NCBI GenBank assembly: GCA_028277845.1
Contig: JANQFL010000094.1
Coordinates: forward strand, 26,791-90,790
Source of the DNA: Sneathiellales bacterium
GTDB taxonomy: Bacteria > Pseudomonadota > Alphaproteobacteria > JANQFL01
Direction: 5' to 3'
DNA length: 64,000 nucleotides
Shown here: positions 1-11,105 of the stretch, piece by piece
Position numbering within the stretch: position 1 is the stretch's first letter
How the letters are laid out: each line of letters opens with the position of its first letter
Notes under the pieces: model-generated
What the model was told of the DNA's origin: nothing
The model's database searches: none
Seen by the model: the letters and a program-made list of their open reading frames with translations, nothing else
Position numbers and translations under genes: made by a program

Positions 1-947
1 AGGGCATGCTCGGCCGCGTCGCCGATCAGTTTTCCGTTGAAATACACCCGGCTGCCCCGGACGGAGACCTTGCCGATGACGGCTTCGCCCAGATACTGCC
101 CGACCTGAGCGGAATTCTTGTAGGCGCTGTCGCGGGCCGTATTGGCCGCAGACGAAGCCAGCGCGGCGTCCGTCGCCGAACCGGCGCTTGTCTGCGCGGT
201 CTCGCCGGCGGTTTTCAGGGCGGCTTTGGTGGCATCCGTTCCCGCCGACAGGATGGCCGCCGAGGCCGCGTTGTCGGCCGCAACGGCGGCTTGCGCCGAC
301 AAGGACGCCTTGTCCTTGGTGGTTCCGGCGTCATCGGCCGATTCGGCCAGGCTTTTTGCCTGCTGCGCCAGGGCGCTGATATTGGCTTCATCGGCGGCGG
401 CCGAATCGGATGCGGCCTTGGCGGTCTCGAAGTCGGCGACAGCGGTTTCAGCCGCGGCTTTCAAGGCGTCATCGGACGGGTCGGCCGCCGCGGCAGCGAG
501 CGCGGCATCCATGGCTGTTTGCTTTGTTGCCGTATCGGCTTCGAGTGTCGTGGTGATGGTGGCGGCTGCCGTTGCCGCGCTTTCCGCCGACGTTGCGGCA
601 GCCTTCGCCGCCGTCACCGCCGCCGTCGCTTTGTCGGCGGCCAAGACCGCCGATGACGCCGCCGAGGCGTCGGCATCGGGCCCACCCAGGTAATCGCGGG
701 GATCAACCTTGACGTCGAACGTCACTTCTTCGGGCACTTTGATGTCGTATCCGCCGTTCAGATCGGCGGGCACCACTTTCTTGCCGCGGACGTCCACCCC
801 AGGCGTGTATTCGACGCCCGGCATCGGCCTGTGTACGACCAGATTCCGGCATTCTTCGGCGGTAATGGTCACGGATTGCGCCTGGGCCGATCCGGACGAA
901 ACAAGAACCGCCAAGGCCAGCGTTGTATGTCCGAAAGAGTGCCGCAT
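1..947 (-). CDS. Secreted hypothetical protein with a long Ala-rich helical insert (3' end runs off the window; absent from the ORF track)
   Basis: Manual translation from ATG at 947, with GGAG RBS upstream: MRHSFGHTTLALAVLVSSGSAQA|QSVTITAEECRNLVVHRPMPGVEYTPGVDVRGKKVVPADL...Ala-rich...GEAVIGKVSVRGSRVYFNGKLIGDAAEHA. The frame is open to the window edge and has a signal-peptide-like N-terminus. Confidence 0.85.
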   Translation of the reverse strand, partial: MRHSFGHTTLALAVLVSSGSAQAQSVTITAEECRNLVVHRPMPGVEYTPGVDVRGKKVVPADLNGGYDIKVPEEVTFDVKVDPRDYLGGPDADASAASSAVLAADKATAAVTAAKAAATSAESAATAAATITTTLEADTATKQTAMDAALAAAAADPSDDALKAAAETAVADFETAKAASDSAAADEANISALAQQAKSLAESADDAGTTKDKASLSAQAAVAADNAASAAILSAGTDATKAALKTAGETAQTSAGSATDAALASSAANTARDSAYKNSAQVGQYLGEAVIGKVSVRGSRVYFNGKLIGDAAEHA

Positions 948-1099
948 ACCGCTATTCTCCCGCCGGGCCGTTAACGAACGGTGAGATCAACAACCGAAAT
1001 ACCGGAACGAACCGAAAACATTAAAGCAATTCGGGATTTTTTCCTGTGAAATCAAGCTTTTCTGGTGACGGGCACCGATATATCGAGTATGAATATCGG

Positions 1100-1290
1100 C
1101 CAACAAAAAAGGGTTGTGGCCAACCGAAAGCAGCCCGAGTCTAGGGAGGGGCCGGTTAGGAGGTTGAGGCGCCAGGGAGCAGCCTCCCTCCAAGCCATTC
1201 CAGGACAGCCGGTAAGCGCAACAAAAAACCAGAAATGCGCCGCTGCCGGCCCTACAGGGCAAGATCCCGCGGGATCTTGCTTTTCTTTTT
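1100..1290. ncRNA. Candidate small RNA locus (SuhB/alpha-r8-like motif on the minus strand; terminated transcript possible on the plus strand)
   Basis: Intergenic. The minus strand reads CCTCCTAACCGGCCCCTCCCTAGACTCGGGCTGC...CAACCCTTTTTT, resembling the CCUCCCUAGAC core of SuhB/MmgR RNAs. The plus strand has a perfect hairpin plus U-tract at 1259-1290. Confidence 0.45.
1259..1290 (+). terminator. Rho-independent terminator
   Basis: Palindrome GCAAGATCCCGCGGGATCTTGC followed by TTTTCTTTTT. Confidence 0.7.
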
Positions 1291-1309
1291 GCCGAAAGCC
1301 GAAAAACTT

Positions 1310-1558
1310 CTAGCGGCGCTGAATGAAGGCGCGGAAATCGAACGGATCGTGTTCGATGACCTGCCAAATGATCACCCACAACAGTGAGGCAATCAGCGTG
1401 GTGATCAGGAACTTCAACCAGATGCGCGGTTTTTCAGGCGCGCTTTCCGGGGTGCCCGGCTCGGGATCGACCTGATTTCTGTGCCCCCAAGGCAGAACCG
1501 TGAACAGCACCAGCCACCAGACGATCACATAGACCAGGATGCCGGTAAACCAGTTCAC
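1310..1558 (-). CDS. DUF1467 family membrane protein
   Basis: YVIVWWLVLFTVLPWG...PGTPESAP motif; usual position downstream of mce. Confidence 0.85.
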   Translation of the reverse strand: MNWFTGILVYVIVWWLVLFTVLPWGHRNQVDPEPGTPESAPEKPRIWLKFLITTLIASLLWVIIWQVIEHDPFDFRAFIQRR

Positions 1559-1560
1559 CG

Positions 1561-1965
1561 TCAGGCCTGCTCCAACTCGACCAGCGTGCCGCAGAAATCC
1601 TTGGGGTGCAGGAACAGGACCGGCTTCTTGTGTGCGCCGATCTTGGGTTCGCCATCGCCCAGAACACGGGCGCCCTCGGCCTTCAGCTTATCGCGGGCGG
1701 CGATGATGTCATCGACTTCGTAACAGACGTGATGGATGCCGCCGTTGGCGTTCTTGTCGAGAAATCCCTGGATCGGTGAGTTGTCGCCCAGGGGATAGAG
1801 CAGTTCGATCTTGGTGTTGGGCAATTCGACGAACACCACCGTCACGCCATGATCGGGTTCGTCCTGCGGCTCGGACACCGTGGCGCCCAGCGTGTTGCGG
1901 TAGGTTGCGGCGGCCGCGTCCAAATCGGGTACGGCAATGGCGACATGGTTGAGACGGCCAATCAT
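1561..1965 (-). CDS. mce: Methylmalonyl-CoA epimerase
   Basis: RLNHVAIAVPDL, GGIHHVCYEV, PVLFLHPKDFCGTLVELEQ. Confidence 0.95.
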   Translation of the reverse strand: MIGRLNHVAIAVPDLDAAAATYRNTLGATVSEPQDEPDHGVTVVFVELPNTKIELLYPLGDNSPIQGFLDKNANGGIHHVCYEVDDIIAARDKLKAEGARVLGDGEPKIGAHKKPVLFLHPKDFCGTLVELEQA

Positions 1966-3689
1966 ACGGATAACTGCTCCTCGCTGCTGTTCGCGGTCTC
2001 CTGGGCGTCTTTCAGGCGCACCACCTGGACTTCGGTGACCGGACGCTTTTGATAAGCCGAACGCACGGTGCGGCGCAAGGCCAGACGTGCCGCTTCCGCC
2101 ACCGCCTGGTCGTCCTTGGCGGCAAAGGCACTGAGTTCGGCGACGTCCCTGACGATGCGCGCGGCGATTTCCTTCCGCATGGGCCGCCCGCCCTCCTCGA
2201 CCGGCAAACCGAGCAAGGCAATTTGCGGCGGCTCCACGCAGGCGCCGGCCTCGTCGAGCACCAGGGTGACGAAGGCGGCGCCGTTGTGCAGCAGTTTGCG
2301 CCGGTCGTGAATCACCGCCCCGTCCATGGGCACCAACGCGGTGCCGTCCAGCGCCAGCCCGCCGGTCGCGATATTGCCGATGACCTCGCAGGCTTCGGGA
2401 TCGAGGCGCAGAATGTCGCCGTTGCGGATCTCGCGCACGGTCGCAACGCCCTCTTCCACCGCCAGGTCGGCATGACTCCCCAGGTGACGCGCCTCACCGT
2501 GGACCGGAACGGCAATTCGCGGCCGCAGCCATCGGTACAGGTCACGCAGTTCATCCCGAGACGGATGGCCGGAGACATGGACGAAGGCATCCTTCTCGGT
2601 AATCACGGCGATATCCCGTTCGACCAGTTGATTGTGCAGTTCGAACAGGGACCGCTCGTTTCCCGGAATGATCTTGGACGAGAAAATGACGCAATCGCCC
2701 GGCTTCAGGGTAACATGGGGATGCTGGCCGGTGACGATGCGCGACATGGCCCCGCGCCGCTCGCCCTGGCAGCCGGTGCACAGCAATAGGATCTTGTCGT
2801 CGGGCAGGTAACCGGCGTCACGCTCGGTCAGGAAGGCCGGAATGTCATCCAGTAAGCCGTTTTCTTCCGCCGCGCCGACGGTGCGCCACAGCGACCGACC
2901 GACCAGACAGACCCGGCGGCCATTGTCCTCGGCGGCCCGGGCAATGGTCTTGAGGCGGGCAACGTTGGAGGCGAAGGTTGTGACTGCCACCCGGCCCGAC
3001 TGCTCGCCGATCAACGCCGACAGGGAATCGCGCAACGCCCCTTCTGAACCGGAGCGTCCCTCGGTCACCGCATTGGTGGAGTCACAGATCAGGGCGAGCA
3101 CACCGTCGTCGCCCAAGGCCTCCAGTGTTTCGCGGTCGGCGGCCTCTCCGATCACAGGGTCGGGATCAAGCTTCCAGTCGCCGCTGTGAACGACCTTGCC
3201 CTCGGGACATTCGATCACCAGCGATGCGGGCTCGGGAATCGAATGGGTCATGCGTACATAACGCACAGTGAACGGGTCCAGGGTCACGGACCCGCCGAGG
3301 TCCACCTCGTGCAACGGAACCTCGTCCTGCCAATCCGTTTCGTCCAGTTTTGCCCGCAGGATCGACGCGGCATACGGCGTGGCGTAGACCGGGCATTGGA
3401 GCCTGGGCCATAGATACGGTACGGCGCCGAGGTGATCCTCGTGGGCGTGGGTCAATACGAGACCGACCAGCTTGTCCCTGCGCTCGGCGATATATGAGAG
3501 GTCGGGCAATACGATGTCGACGCCCGGCACGGATTCGCCGGCGAAGGTGATGCCCAGATCGACCATCAGCCAGCGCCCGCCATAGCCGTACAACGCCACG
3601 TTCATGCCGATCTCGCCGACCCCGCCCAATGGCAGGAAGACCAGGTCGTCGTAGGCCTCGGGCAGCATGACGGGAGGCTGTTCGTTCAC
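1962..3689 (-). CDS. rnj: Ribonuclease J
   Basis: PLGGVGEIGMN, THAHEDHLG, HSIPE, HVSGH, PVHGE. The start is set at GTG 3689, overlapping the coaX stop; ATG 3668 is an alternative. Confidence 0.93.
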   Translation of the reverse strand: MNEQPPVMLPEAYDDLVFLPLGGVGEIGMNVALYGYGGRWLMVDLGITFAGESVPGVDIVLPDLSYIAERRDKLVGLVLTHAHEDHLGAVPYLWPRLQCPVYATPYAASILRAKLDETDWQDEVPLHEVDLGGSVTLDPFTVRYVRMTHSIPEPASLVIECPEGKVVHSGDWKLDPDPVIGEAADRETLEALGDDGVLALICDSTNAVTEGRSGSEGALRDSLSALIGEQSGRVAVTTFASNVARLKTIARAAEDNGRRVCLVGRSLWRTVGAAEENGLLDDIPAFLTERDAGYLPDDKILLLCTGCQGERRGAMSRIVTGQHPHVTLKPGDCVIFSSKIIPGNERSLFELHNQLVERDIAVITEKDAFVHVSGHPSRDELRDLYRWLRPRIAVPVHGEARHLGSHADLAVEEGVATVREIRNGDILRLDPEACEVIGNIATGGLALDGTALVPMDGAVIHDRRKLLHNGAAFVTLVLDEAGACVEPPQIALLGLPVEEGGRPMRKEIAARIVRDVAELSAFAAKDDQAVAEAARLALRRTVRSAYQKRPVTEVQVVRLKDAQETANSSEEQLSV

Positions 3690-4462
3690 GATCCGGCTTT
3701 CCTGTTGCGCTCGTAAAGCACCTGCATCCCCTTCAGGGTCAAATCGCCGTCCACGTGATCGAACATGTCGGTACTGTCGACGAACAGCGGCGTCAGCCCG
3801 CCGGTGGCGATGACCGTCATGTCGGCGCCATATTCTTCCTTGATCCGGGCGAGCACCCCTTCGAACAGGCCGACATAACCCCAGAACACGCCGGAACGCA
3901 TGGCCTCGACGGTGCTCTTGCCGATCACGTGAGGCGGCTTTTCGATGGAGATCTGCGGCAGTTTCGCCGCCGCCATGTAGAGCGCCTCGACACTGAGGTT
4001 GATGCCCGGCGCGATGACGCCGCCGGTGTAGTTGCCGTCCCGGTCGACCACATCGAACGTGGTGGCCGTGCCGAAATCCAGCACGATGGCCGGGCTGCCG
4101 TAGAAATGGTGGGCGGCAAAGGCATTGACCACCCGGTCCGCGCCCGCCTCTTCCGGCCGATCGATCAGCACCTTGATGCCGAGGTCGACGTTTTCGCCGA
4201 TGACGTACGGGTCGCAGCGGAAGTAGGTCCGGCACAGGCCGCGCAGATTGAACATCGCCTGGGGCACCACGGTGGCGATGATGACGTCGGCGATGTCGTC
4301 CGGCCGGATGCCCTTCAGCGCCATCAACTGGTTGAGCCAGACGAAGTATTCGTCCTTGGTCCGGTGCGGATCGGTGGCGATCTTCCATTCGTCGCGCAGT
4401 ACGTCCCCGTCGAACACGGCGAACTTGAAATTGGTGTTGTTGGCGTTGATGACGAGCAGCAT
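3686..4462 (-). CDS. coaX: Type III pantothenate kinase
   Basis: GADRVVNA, DFGTATTFD, GGVIAPG, VIATGG. Confidence 0.93.
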   Translation of the reverse strand: MLLVINANNTNFKFAVFDGDVLRDEWKIATDPHRTKDEYFVWLNQLMALKGIRPDDIADVIIATVVPQAMFNLRGLCRTYFRCDPYVIGENVDLGIKVLIDRPEEAGADRVVNAFAAHHFYGSPAIVLDFGTATTFDVVDRDGNYTGGVIAPGINLSVEALYMAAAKLPQISIEKPPHVIGKSTVEAMRSGVFWGYVGLFEGVLARIKEEYGADMTVIATGGLTPLFVDSTDMFDHVDGDLTLKGMQVLYERNRKAGS

Positions 4463-4470
4463 GGCCGTAC

Positions 4471-5226
4471 CTATGAAAAGAACACGTCGCCGGCGGTGAT
4501 GACCCGGCGCCCACCCTGACCGGTGTCCACGACAAGGCCACCGGTTTCGTCCAGCCCTTCAAACGTACCGTGTATGGTTTCGTTGGCAAGGCGGACACGG
4601 ATCGGCCGGCCCATGCCGACGGCGAAATCGAGCCATCGGCTGCGCACCGGATCGAAGCCCTTCTCCGTCCAGACGCCCAGCCATTGCGCGAAATTGGCGA
4701 CATAGCGTTCCAGGACCCTTTCCGCGGGTACATTGGTTTCCATGGCATGCAGGGATGTCGCCCCGGTTTCCACGGCGTCATCCGGCGGGTGGGCGGTCAC
4801 GTTGACGCCCGTACCGACGACGACCGAGTTCAGTACCTCTCCGGACGCCTGGGATTCGAGCAGGATACCGGCAATCTTGGCGCCATCGACCAGGATGTCG
4901 TTGGGCCATTTGCAGCCCACGGCACGATCCTGCCCGACGAGATCCTGCACGACCTCGGCCAGGGCAACGGCCGTGAGGAAGGATAATTGCGCCGCCTTGG
5001 CGATATCGCATGCCGGCCGCAACAGAACGGAACAATAGAGATTGCCGGGCGGCGATTCCCAGGCCCGTCCGTAGCGGCCACGGCCGGCGGTCTGCCGGCG
5101 GGCCCAGACGACGACATGATCGTCACGGGTATCCGCCGCCAGATTGCGGGCGTACTCGTTGGTGGAATTGACGGCGTCGAGCGCGATCAGCCGGTAGGGT
5201 GCAACCAGCTCGGGCAGATCGCTCAA
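4471..5226 (-). CDS. birA: Biotin--[acetyl-CoA-carboxylase] ligase
   Basis: STNE, QTAGRGRYGRAW, KWPNDILV, KIAGIL; TTG start inferred at 5226. Confidence 0.92.
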   Translation of the reverse strand: MSDLPELVAPYRLIALDAVNSTNEYARNLAADTRDDHVVVWARRQTAGRGRYGRAWESPPGNLYCSVLLRPACDIAKAAQLSFLTAVALAEVVQDLVGQDRAVGCKWPNDILVDGAKIAGILLESQASGEVLNSVVVGTGVNVTAHPPDDAVETGATSLHAMETNVPAERVLERYVANFAQWLGVWTEKGFDPVRSRWLDFAVGMGRPIRVRLANETIHGTFEGLDETGGLVVDTGQGGRRVITAGDVFFS

Positions 5227-5236
5227 AGGCCGGGCC

Positions 5237-6691
5237 TCACTGCAGCAACGCCGCCGCCGCCACCCGCGCACCTTCGGTCAAAGGCGACGGGAAGACGAAG
5301 AACAGCAGCGTAAACAGGCCGGTTCCGGTCATGATCACGCCCATGGCCGGTCCGAAGGGTTTGGCGAACGGTTCGGCCGGTTCGTCGAAGAACATGATCT
5401 TGACGATGCGCAGGTAGTAGAACGCGCCGACCACGCTGGCGACCACGCCGATCACGGCCAACAGATAGAGCCCGGCATTGATGGCGGCCATGAACACATA
5501 CAGCTTGCCGAAGAATCCGGCCAACGGCGGCACGCCCGCGAGCGAGAACATGAACAATGCCATCACCACGCCCAACGCCGGGTGGCTGCGCGACAGGCCG
5601 GCCAGTTCGCCGATGTCCTCGACCATGCCTTCCTTGCGCCGCATGCACAGAATGACGGCGAAGGTGCCGGCGGTCATGGCCAGATAAATGGCCATGTAAA
5701 TCAACACGCCGCGCACGCCTTCCTCGGTGCCCGCGGCCAGGCCGACCAGGGCGTAACCCACATGGCCGATGGACGAATACGCCATCAGGCGCTTGATGTT
5801 GGTCTGGCCGATGGCGGCGAAGGCGCCCAGCACCATGGAAGCGATGGAGACGAAGACGATGATCTGCTGCCATTCCTGCGCCAGTTCCGGGAACGGGCCC
5901 AGCAGTGCCCGCATGAACAGGGCCATGGCGGCGATTTTCGGTGCGACGGCGAAGAACGCGGTAACCGGCGTCGGAGACCCTTCATAGACATCCGGCGTCC
6001 ACATATGGAACGGCACGGCGGAGACCTTGAAGGCCAGGCCGGCGGTGAGGAACACGATGCCGATGATCAGGCCGATGCCGACCTCGATGCGGCCCGACGA
6101 CAAGGCCTCGGCCAGGGCATCGAAATTGGTCGTGCCGGCGAAGCCGTAGATCATCGAACAGCCATAGAGCAGCATGCCCGAGGACAGGGCACCGAGGACG
6201 AAATACTTCAATCCCGCTTCGCTGGACCGCAGGCTGTCCCGCTTGAAGGCGGCGATGACATAGAGCGGCAGGCTCTGCATTTCCAGGCCGACATAGAGCG
6301 ACAGCAGGTCGTTGGCCGACACCATCATCAGCATGCCCATGGTCGCCAGCACGATCAGGATGGGATACTCGAACCGCTCCATGCCGTGATCGCGGATGTA
6401 GTTCAGCGACATGACGATGGCCAGGCCCGAACCCATGAGGATCAGCCCCTTCATGAAGTGGGCGAACATGTCCGTGCGGAACATGCCGGCCAGCACCACC
6501 GAGCCGTTGTCGGGGGCCGACAGCAGGAAGACGTAGGCGATCGCCAGCGCGGCGACGGACAGCCAGGAGATCAGCCGGGTCGACTGGTTGCCGCGGAAGA
6601 CGCCGAGCATCAACAGCGCCATGGCGGCGCAGGCGAGGAAGATCTCGGCGCCGGCGGGGGCGATTTCGCTCATCCAGTTGGAACTCATCAT
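5237..6691 (-). CDS. nuoN: NADH-quinone oxidoreductase subunit N
   Basis: [37 protein letters not shown]. Confidence 0.96.
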   Translation of the reverse strand: MMSSNWMSEIAPAGAEIFLACAAMALLMLGVFRGNQSTRLISWLSVAALAIAYVFLLSAPDNGSVVLAGMFRTDMFAHFMKGLILMGSGLAIVMSLNYIRDHGMERFEYPILIVLATMGMLMMVSANDLLSLYVGLEMQSLPLYVIAAFKRDSLRSSEAGLKYFVLGALSSGMLLYGCSMIYGFAGTTNFDALAEALSSGRIEVGIGLIIGIVFLTAGLAFKVSAVPFHMWTPDVYEGSPTPVTAFFAVAPKIAAMALFMRALLGPFPELAQEWQQIIVFVSIASMVLGAFAAIGQTNIKRLMAYSSIGHVGYALVGLAAGTEEGVRGVLIYMAIYLAMTAGTFAVILCMRRKEGMVEDIGELAGLSRSHPALGVVMALFMFSLAGVPPLAGFFGKLYVFMAAINAGLYLLAVIGVVASVVGAFYYLRIVKIMFFDEPAEPFAKPFGPAMGVIMTGTGLFTLLFFVFPSPLTEGARVAAAALLQ

Positions 6692-6703
6692 TCGTGCTCC
6701 TGC

Positions 6704-8218
6704 CTACTTCGCCGCCAGTTCAAGGACTTGAACCGCCGCCATCGCCTTTTCGTGCTGGGCGATCAGGTTTTCCACCGAGACATGCATGACATCCAGGAAC
6801 GAGGACGGATAAACGCCCATCCACATGACCACCAGGGCGAGCGGCGTGAACACCAGCACTTCCCGTGGCCTGAGATCGAGAATGTCCTTGAGATCGTCCT
6901 TGGTCAGTTCACCGAAGATCACCCGGCGGTAGAGCCACAGCATGTAGGCCGCGCCGAGGACAACGCCCGTCGCCGCCAGGAAGGCGACCCAGGTATTGGC
7001 CTCGTAGGCGCCGACCAGCACCAGGAACTCGCCGACGAAGCCCGACGTGCCCGGCAGACCGACCGAGGCCAGCATGAAGACCATGAAGAAGAAGGCGTAT
7101 TTGGGCATGCGGTGCACCAGGCCGCCGTAACGGGCGATCTCGCGCGAATGCATGCGGTCGTAGACCACGCCGACCACCAGGAACAGGGCGGCGGAAACAA
7201 CGCCGTGGCTGAGCATCTGGATGATGCTGCCCTCGATGCCCTGATCGTTGAGGGCAAAGATGCCGATGGTGACGAAGCCCATGTGGGCGACCGACGAATA
7301 GGCGATCAGCTTCTTCATGTCCTCCTGCATCAGCGCCACCAGGGAGGTGTAGATGACGGCGATGACGCTGAGGGCGAAGACCATGGGCGCGAAGTACTCG
7401 CTGGCTTCCGGGAACATGGGCAGCGAGAAACGCAGGAAGCCGTATCCGCCCATTTTCAGCAGCACGCCGGCCAGGATGACCGAACCGGCGGTCGGCGCCT
7501 CGACATGGGCGTCGGGCAGCCAGGTATGCACCGGCCACATGGGCATCTTGACGGCGAACGAGGCGAAGAACGCCAGCCACAGCCATTTCTGCACGTCACC
7601 GTCGAAAGTGGTCGCCATGATGGTCGGGATGTCCGCCGTGCCGGCCTGGAAGTACATGGCCAGCATGGCCAGCAGCATCAGCACCGAACCGAGCAGCGTG
7701 TAGAGGAAGAACTTGAAGGCCGAATAGACCCGGCGCACGCCGCCCCAGACACCGATGATCAGGAACATCGGGATCAGGCCGCCCTCGAAGAACAGGTAGA
7801 ACAGGAACAGATCGAGGGCGCAAAAGACGCCGATCATCAGCGTTTCCAGCACCAGGAAGGCGATCATGTATTCCTTCACCCGGACCGTGATGGCTTCCCA
7901 GCTCGCCAGGATGCACAGCGGCATGAGGAAGGTGGTCAGGATGATGAACAGGACCGAAATGCCGTCGACACCCATGTGATAGGTGATGGTGTCGGAGATC
8001 CAGGGCACCCGCTCCTCGAACTGGAAGTCGGCCTTGGACGGGTCGAAGTTGATCCAGATGAACAGGCTGACGACGAACGTGACGACCGTAACGTTCAACG
8101 CGACCCAGCGGGCGTTGCGGGCGACAACGGCGGCGTCCTTGTCGCGGATCATCAAAATGATGAGGGCGCCGACCAGCGGGATAAAGGTGACGAGGGAGAG
8201 CAAGGGGACATCGACCAT
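6704..8218 (-). CDS. nuoM: NADH-quinone oxidoreductase subunit M
   Basis: [33 protein letters not shown]. Confidence 0.96.
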   Translation of the reverse strand: MVDVPLLSLVTFIPLVGALIILMIRDKDAAVVARNARWVALNVTVVTFVVSLFIWINFDPSKADFQFEERVPWISDTITYHMGVDGISVLFIILTTFLMPLCILASWEAITVRVKEYMIAFLVLETLMIGVFCALDLFLFYLFFEGGLIPMFLIIGVWGGVRRVYSAFKFFLYTLLGSVLMLLAMLAMYFQAGTADIPTIMATTFDGDVQKWLWLAFFASFAVKMPMWPVHTWLPDAHVEAPTAGSVILAGVLLKMGGYGFLRFSLPMFPEASEYFAPMVFALSVIAVIYTSLVALMQEDMKKLIAYSSVAHMGFVTIGIFALNDQGIEGSIIQMLSHGVVSAALFLVVGVVYDRMHSREIARYGGLVHRMPKYAFFFMVFMLASVGLPGTSGFVGEFLVLVGAYEANTWVAFLAATGVVLGAAYMLWLYRRVIFGELTKDDLKDILDLRPREVLVFTPLALVVMWMGVYPSSFLDVMHVSVENLIAQHEKAMAAVQVLELAAK

Positions 8219-8222
8219 CGGA

Positions 8223-10157
8223 TCAGCCTCCCAACGCGAACATGTAGAAGGTGACCAGGAACGCCACTCCGATCAACATGGCGAAAGCGTAGTGGTAGAC
8301 GTAACCCGATTGCAGGAAGGTCGCCCGCCGCGCCAGGTTGAGCACCAGGGCGGAGATACCGTCGGGCCCGAAGCCGTCGATGATGCGGCCATCGCCCCCC
8401 TTCCACAGCACGCGCCCGAGCCACATGGCCGGCCGCACGAAGATCAGGTCGTAGAGTTCGTCGAAATACCACTTGTTCAGCAGGAACTGGTAGGCGCCGT
8501 GGTGCATCTTGGCGATGGCGCCGGGCAGGTCGCTGCGCATGGCGTACATATAGAAGGCCACCAGCATGCCGATGATGCCGGCGGCGATCGGCAGTGCCTT
8601 GACCCACCAGGGATACTGATGGTCCACCACCATCTGCACGGCCGGGTTCTCCGGCAGGATCAGGATCGAGTCGCCCCAGAACCCACCGGCGTTCCCGACA
8701 AAGAAGCCGCTAAACGCAAAACCCGCGCCGATCGCACCAGCCGCCAGAACCAGCAACGGCAGGATCATGACCTTGGGCGACTCGTGCACGTGGCTCATGA
8801 CTTCCTCGCTCGCCCGCGGCGTACCGTGGAACGTCATGATGATGAGGCGGATCGAGTAGAACGCCGTCAGCACCGCGCCTGCGACACCGAGCCAGAAGGC
8901 GTAATCGCCAACCGGGGTACCGGCGACATAAGCCGATTCGATGATGGCGTCTTTCGAATAAAAACCGGCCAGCAGCGGAAACCCGGTCAACGCCAAACTG
9001 CCGATCCACATCAATGCGTAGGTCACTTTCATATGGCGCCACAGGCCGCCCATCTTGCGCATGTCCTGTTCGTCCGACACGCCGTGAATGACCGAGCCGG
9101 AGCCCAGGAACAAGAGCGCCTTGAAGAAGGCATGAGTGAACAGGTGGAAGATGGCGATGGGATAGGCCGAAACGCCGGCGGCGAAGAACATGTAGCCGAG
9201 CTGCGAACAGGTCGAGTAGGCCACGACGCGCTTGATGTCGTTCTGCACCAGGCCGATGGTCGCCGCCATGAAGGCGGTGGAGGCACCGATAATGGTGACC
9301 ACCATCAGGGTGATCGGGGCGTATTCAAACAGCGGCGAGCAGCGCGCCACCATGAACACGCCGGCGGTGACCATGGTCGCGGCATGGATCAGGGCCGAAA
9401 CCGGCGTCGGGCCCTCCATGGCGTCGGGCAGCCAGGTGTGCAGGCCGATCTGCGCCGACTTGCCCATGGCGCCGATGAACAGCAGCAGGGTCATCACGGT
9501 CAGTAGGTCGACGTCCCAGGACAGGAAGTGGAAGGTCTCGCCCGCCTTGGTCGGCGCCGCGCGGAACACGGTGTCGAAGTCGATGGAACCGAACACCAGG
9601 AAGACGGTCAGGATGCCGAGGATGAAGCCGAAATCGCCGATGCGGTTAACGACGAAGGCCTTGATGGCGGCGGCGTTGGCCGAGGGCTTCTTGTACCAGA
9701 AGCCGATCAGCAGGTAGGAACACAGGCCCACGCCTTCCCAGCCGAAGAACATCTGCAGGAAGTTGTCCGCCGTCACCAGCATCAACATGGCGAAGGTGAA
9801 CAGGGACAGGTATGCGAAGAACCGCGCCCGGTGCGGATCGTGCGACATGTAGCCGATGGAGTAGATGTGCACCACGGCCGACACCAGATTGACCACCACC
9901 AGCATGACGGCCGTCAGGGTGTCGACACGGATCGACCAGGAAACGTCCAAGGCACCCGACTGGATCCAGGTAAAGAGGTCGATGGTGGTTGTCTGTTGCT
10001 GCAGGCCGACCTGGTAGAAGGCGACCAGGGACAGCAGCGCGGAGACCGAAACCAGCAGACAGGTCACGATCTCGGACGGGCGGTCACCGATAAACTTGCC
10101 GAGGAAACCGGCGATGGCGGCCCCGAGCAACGGAAGAAAGACGATGGCGACGTACAT
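8223..10157 (-). CDS. nuoL: NADH-quinone oxidoreductase subunit L
   Basis: [32 protein letters not shown]. Confidence 0.96.
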   Translation of the reverse strand: MYVAIVFLPLLGAAIAGFLGKFIGDRPSEIVTCLLVSVSALLSLVAFYQVGLQQQTTTIDLFTWIQSGALDVSWSIRVDTLTAVMLVVVNLVSAVVHIYSIGYMSHDPHRARFFAYLSLFTFAMLMLVTADNFLQMFFGWEGVGLCSYLLIGFWYKKPSANAAAIKAFVVNRIGDFGFILGILTVFLVFGSIDFDTVFRAAPTKAGETFHFLSWDVDLLTVMTLLLFIGAMGKSAQIGLHTWLPDAMEGPTPVSALIHAATMVTAGVFMVARCSPLFEYAPITLMVVTIIGASTAFMAATIGLVQNDIKRVVAYSTCSQLGYMFFAAGVSAYPIAIFHLFTHAFFKALLFLGSGSVIHGVSDEQDMRKMGGLWRHMKVTYALMWIGSLALTGFPLLAGFYSKDAIIESAYVAGTPVGDYAFWLGVAGAVLTAFYSIRLIIMTFHGTPRASEEVMSHVHESPKVMILPLLVLAAGAIGAGFAFSGFFVGNAGGFWGDSILILPENPAVQMVVDHQYPWWVKALPIAAGIIGMLVAFYMYAMRSDLPGAIAKMHHGAYQFLLNKWYFDELYDLIFVRPAMWLGRVLWKGGDGRIIDGFGPDGISALVLNLARRATFLQSGYVYHYAFAMLIGVAFLVTFYMFALGG

Positions 10158-10165
10158 GGTGACGG

Positions 10166-10474
10166 CTAGCCCTTCATCAGATTGATGTCTTCGACTTCGA
10201 TCGAGCCGCGGTTACGGAAATAGACCACCAGGATGGCGAGGCCGATGGCCGCCTCGGCCGCGGCGACCGTCAGCACGAACATGGCGAACACCTGCCCGAC
10301 CAGGTCCTGCAGGAAGCTGGAAAACGCCACCAGGTTGATGTTGACCGCCAGCAACATAAGCTCGACGGACATCAGGATGATGATGACGTTCTTGCGGTTG
10401 AGAAAGATGCCGAACACGCCCAGGGTGAACAGGATGGCGGCGAGTGTCAGATAATGTCCGAGACCGATGTCCAT
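10166..10474 (-). CDS. nuoK: NADH-quinone oxidoreductase subunit K
   Basis: [22 protein letters not shown]. Confidence 0.96.
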   Translation of the reverse strand: MDIGLGHYLTLAAILFTLGVFGIFLNRKNVIIILMSVELMLLAVNINLVAFSSFLQDLVGQVFAMFVLTVAAAEAAIGLAILVVYFRNRGSIEVEDINLMKG

Positions 10475-10486
10475 GATAACGCTCCC

Positions 10487-11095
10487 CTACAGGCCCTGGC
10501 CGGACTTGACCTTGACCAGCGCGACGGCCTCGTCGCGGCGGCGGTGGACCTGGTCGGCGATTTTCTGTTTGCGCACGCCTTCCCGGACCCGATGGGTCAG
10601 CACGATGGCGCCGATCATGGCCACCAGCAGGATCATGCCGGCGGCCTGGAACAGGTAGATGTAGCGGGTATAAAGGACCCCGCCCAGCAACCGGGTGTTC
10701 TCCTGGTCCGCGGCGATCGGCGCGGCGGAGATCGTGTCGCCGGCCGGCGACAGGCTCCAGGCGCCCAGCACGGCCAACAGTTCGATGAGCAGGATGATAC
10801 CGATGGTCGCGCCAAGCGGCATGTACTGCAGGAAACCTTCCCGCAGTTCGACAAAATTGATGTCCAGCATCATGACGACGAACAGGAACAGCACGGCAAC
10901 GGCGCCGACATAGACGATGACCAGGATCATCGCCAGGAACTCGGCCCCCAGCAGCACAAACAGCCCGGCACTGTTGAAGAACGCCAGGATCAGGAACAGC
11001 ACCGAGTGCACCGGATTGCGAGCCGAAATCACCATCACGCCGGACGCAATGGTGATGAAAGCGAAAAGGTAAAAGCAGAAGGCCTGGACGATCAT
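10487..11095 (-). CDS. nuoJ: NADH-quinone oxidoreductase subunit J
   Basis: RNPVHSVLFL, VYVGAVAVLFLFVVMML. Confidence 0.96.
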   Translation of the reverse strand: MIVQAFCFYLFAFITIASGVMVISARNPVHSVLFLILAFFNSAGLFVLLGAEFLAMILVIVYVGAVAVLFLFVVMMLDINFVELREGFLQYMPLGATIGIILLIELLAVLGAWSLSPAGDTISAAPIAADQENTRLLGGVLYTRYIYLFQAAGMILLVAMIGAIVLTHRVREGVRKQKIADQVHRRRDEAVALVKVKSGQGL

Positions 11096-11105
11096 AAGAT
11101 GCCGC

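Noticed and set aside
6..984. Plus-strand ORFs 6..656, 142..693 and 709..984
   Set aside because: These are antisense shadows of the minus-strand gene starting at 947, which has the RBS and signal peptide.
3690..4781. Apparent 364-aa N-terminal extension of RNase J (939-aa ORF)
   Set aside because: It is an Arg/Gly-rich alternative frame over coaX and birA; RNase J homology begins only near 3689.
5582..9506. Long antisense ORFs (890 aa and 507 aa) over nuoN/M/L, and similar ones over lon, tig, nnr and the giant gene
   Set aside because: Stop-poor antisense frames are expected with high-GC codon bias, and they contain no recognisable motifs.
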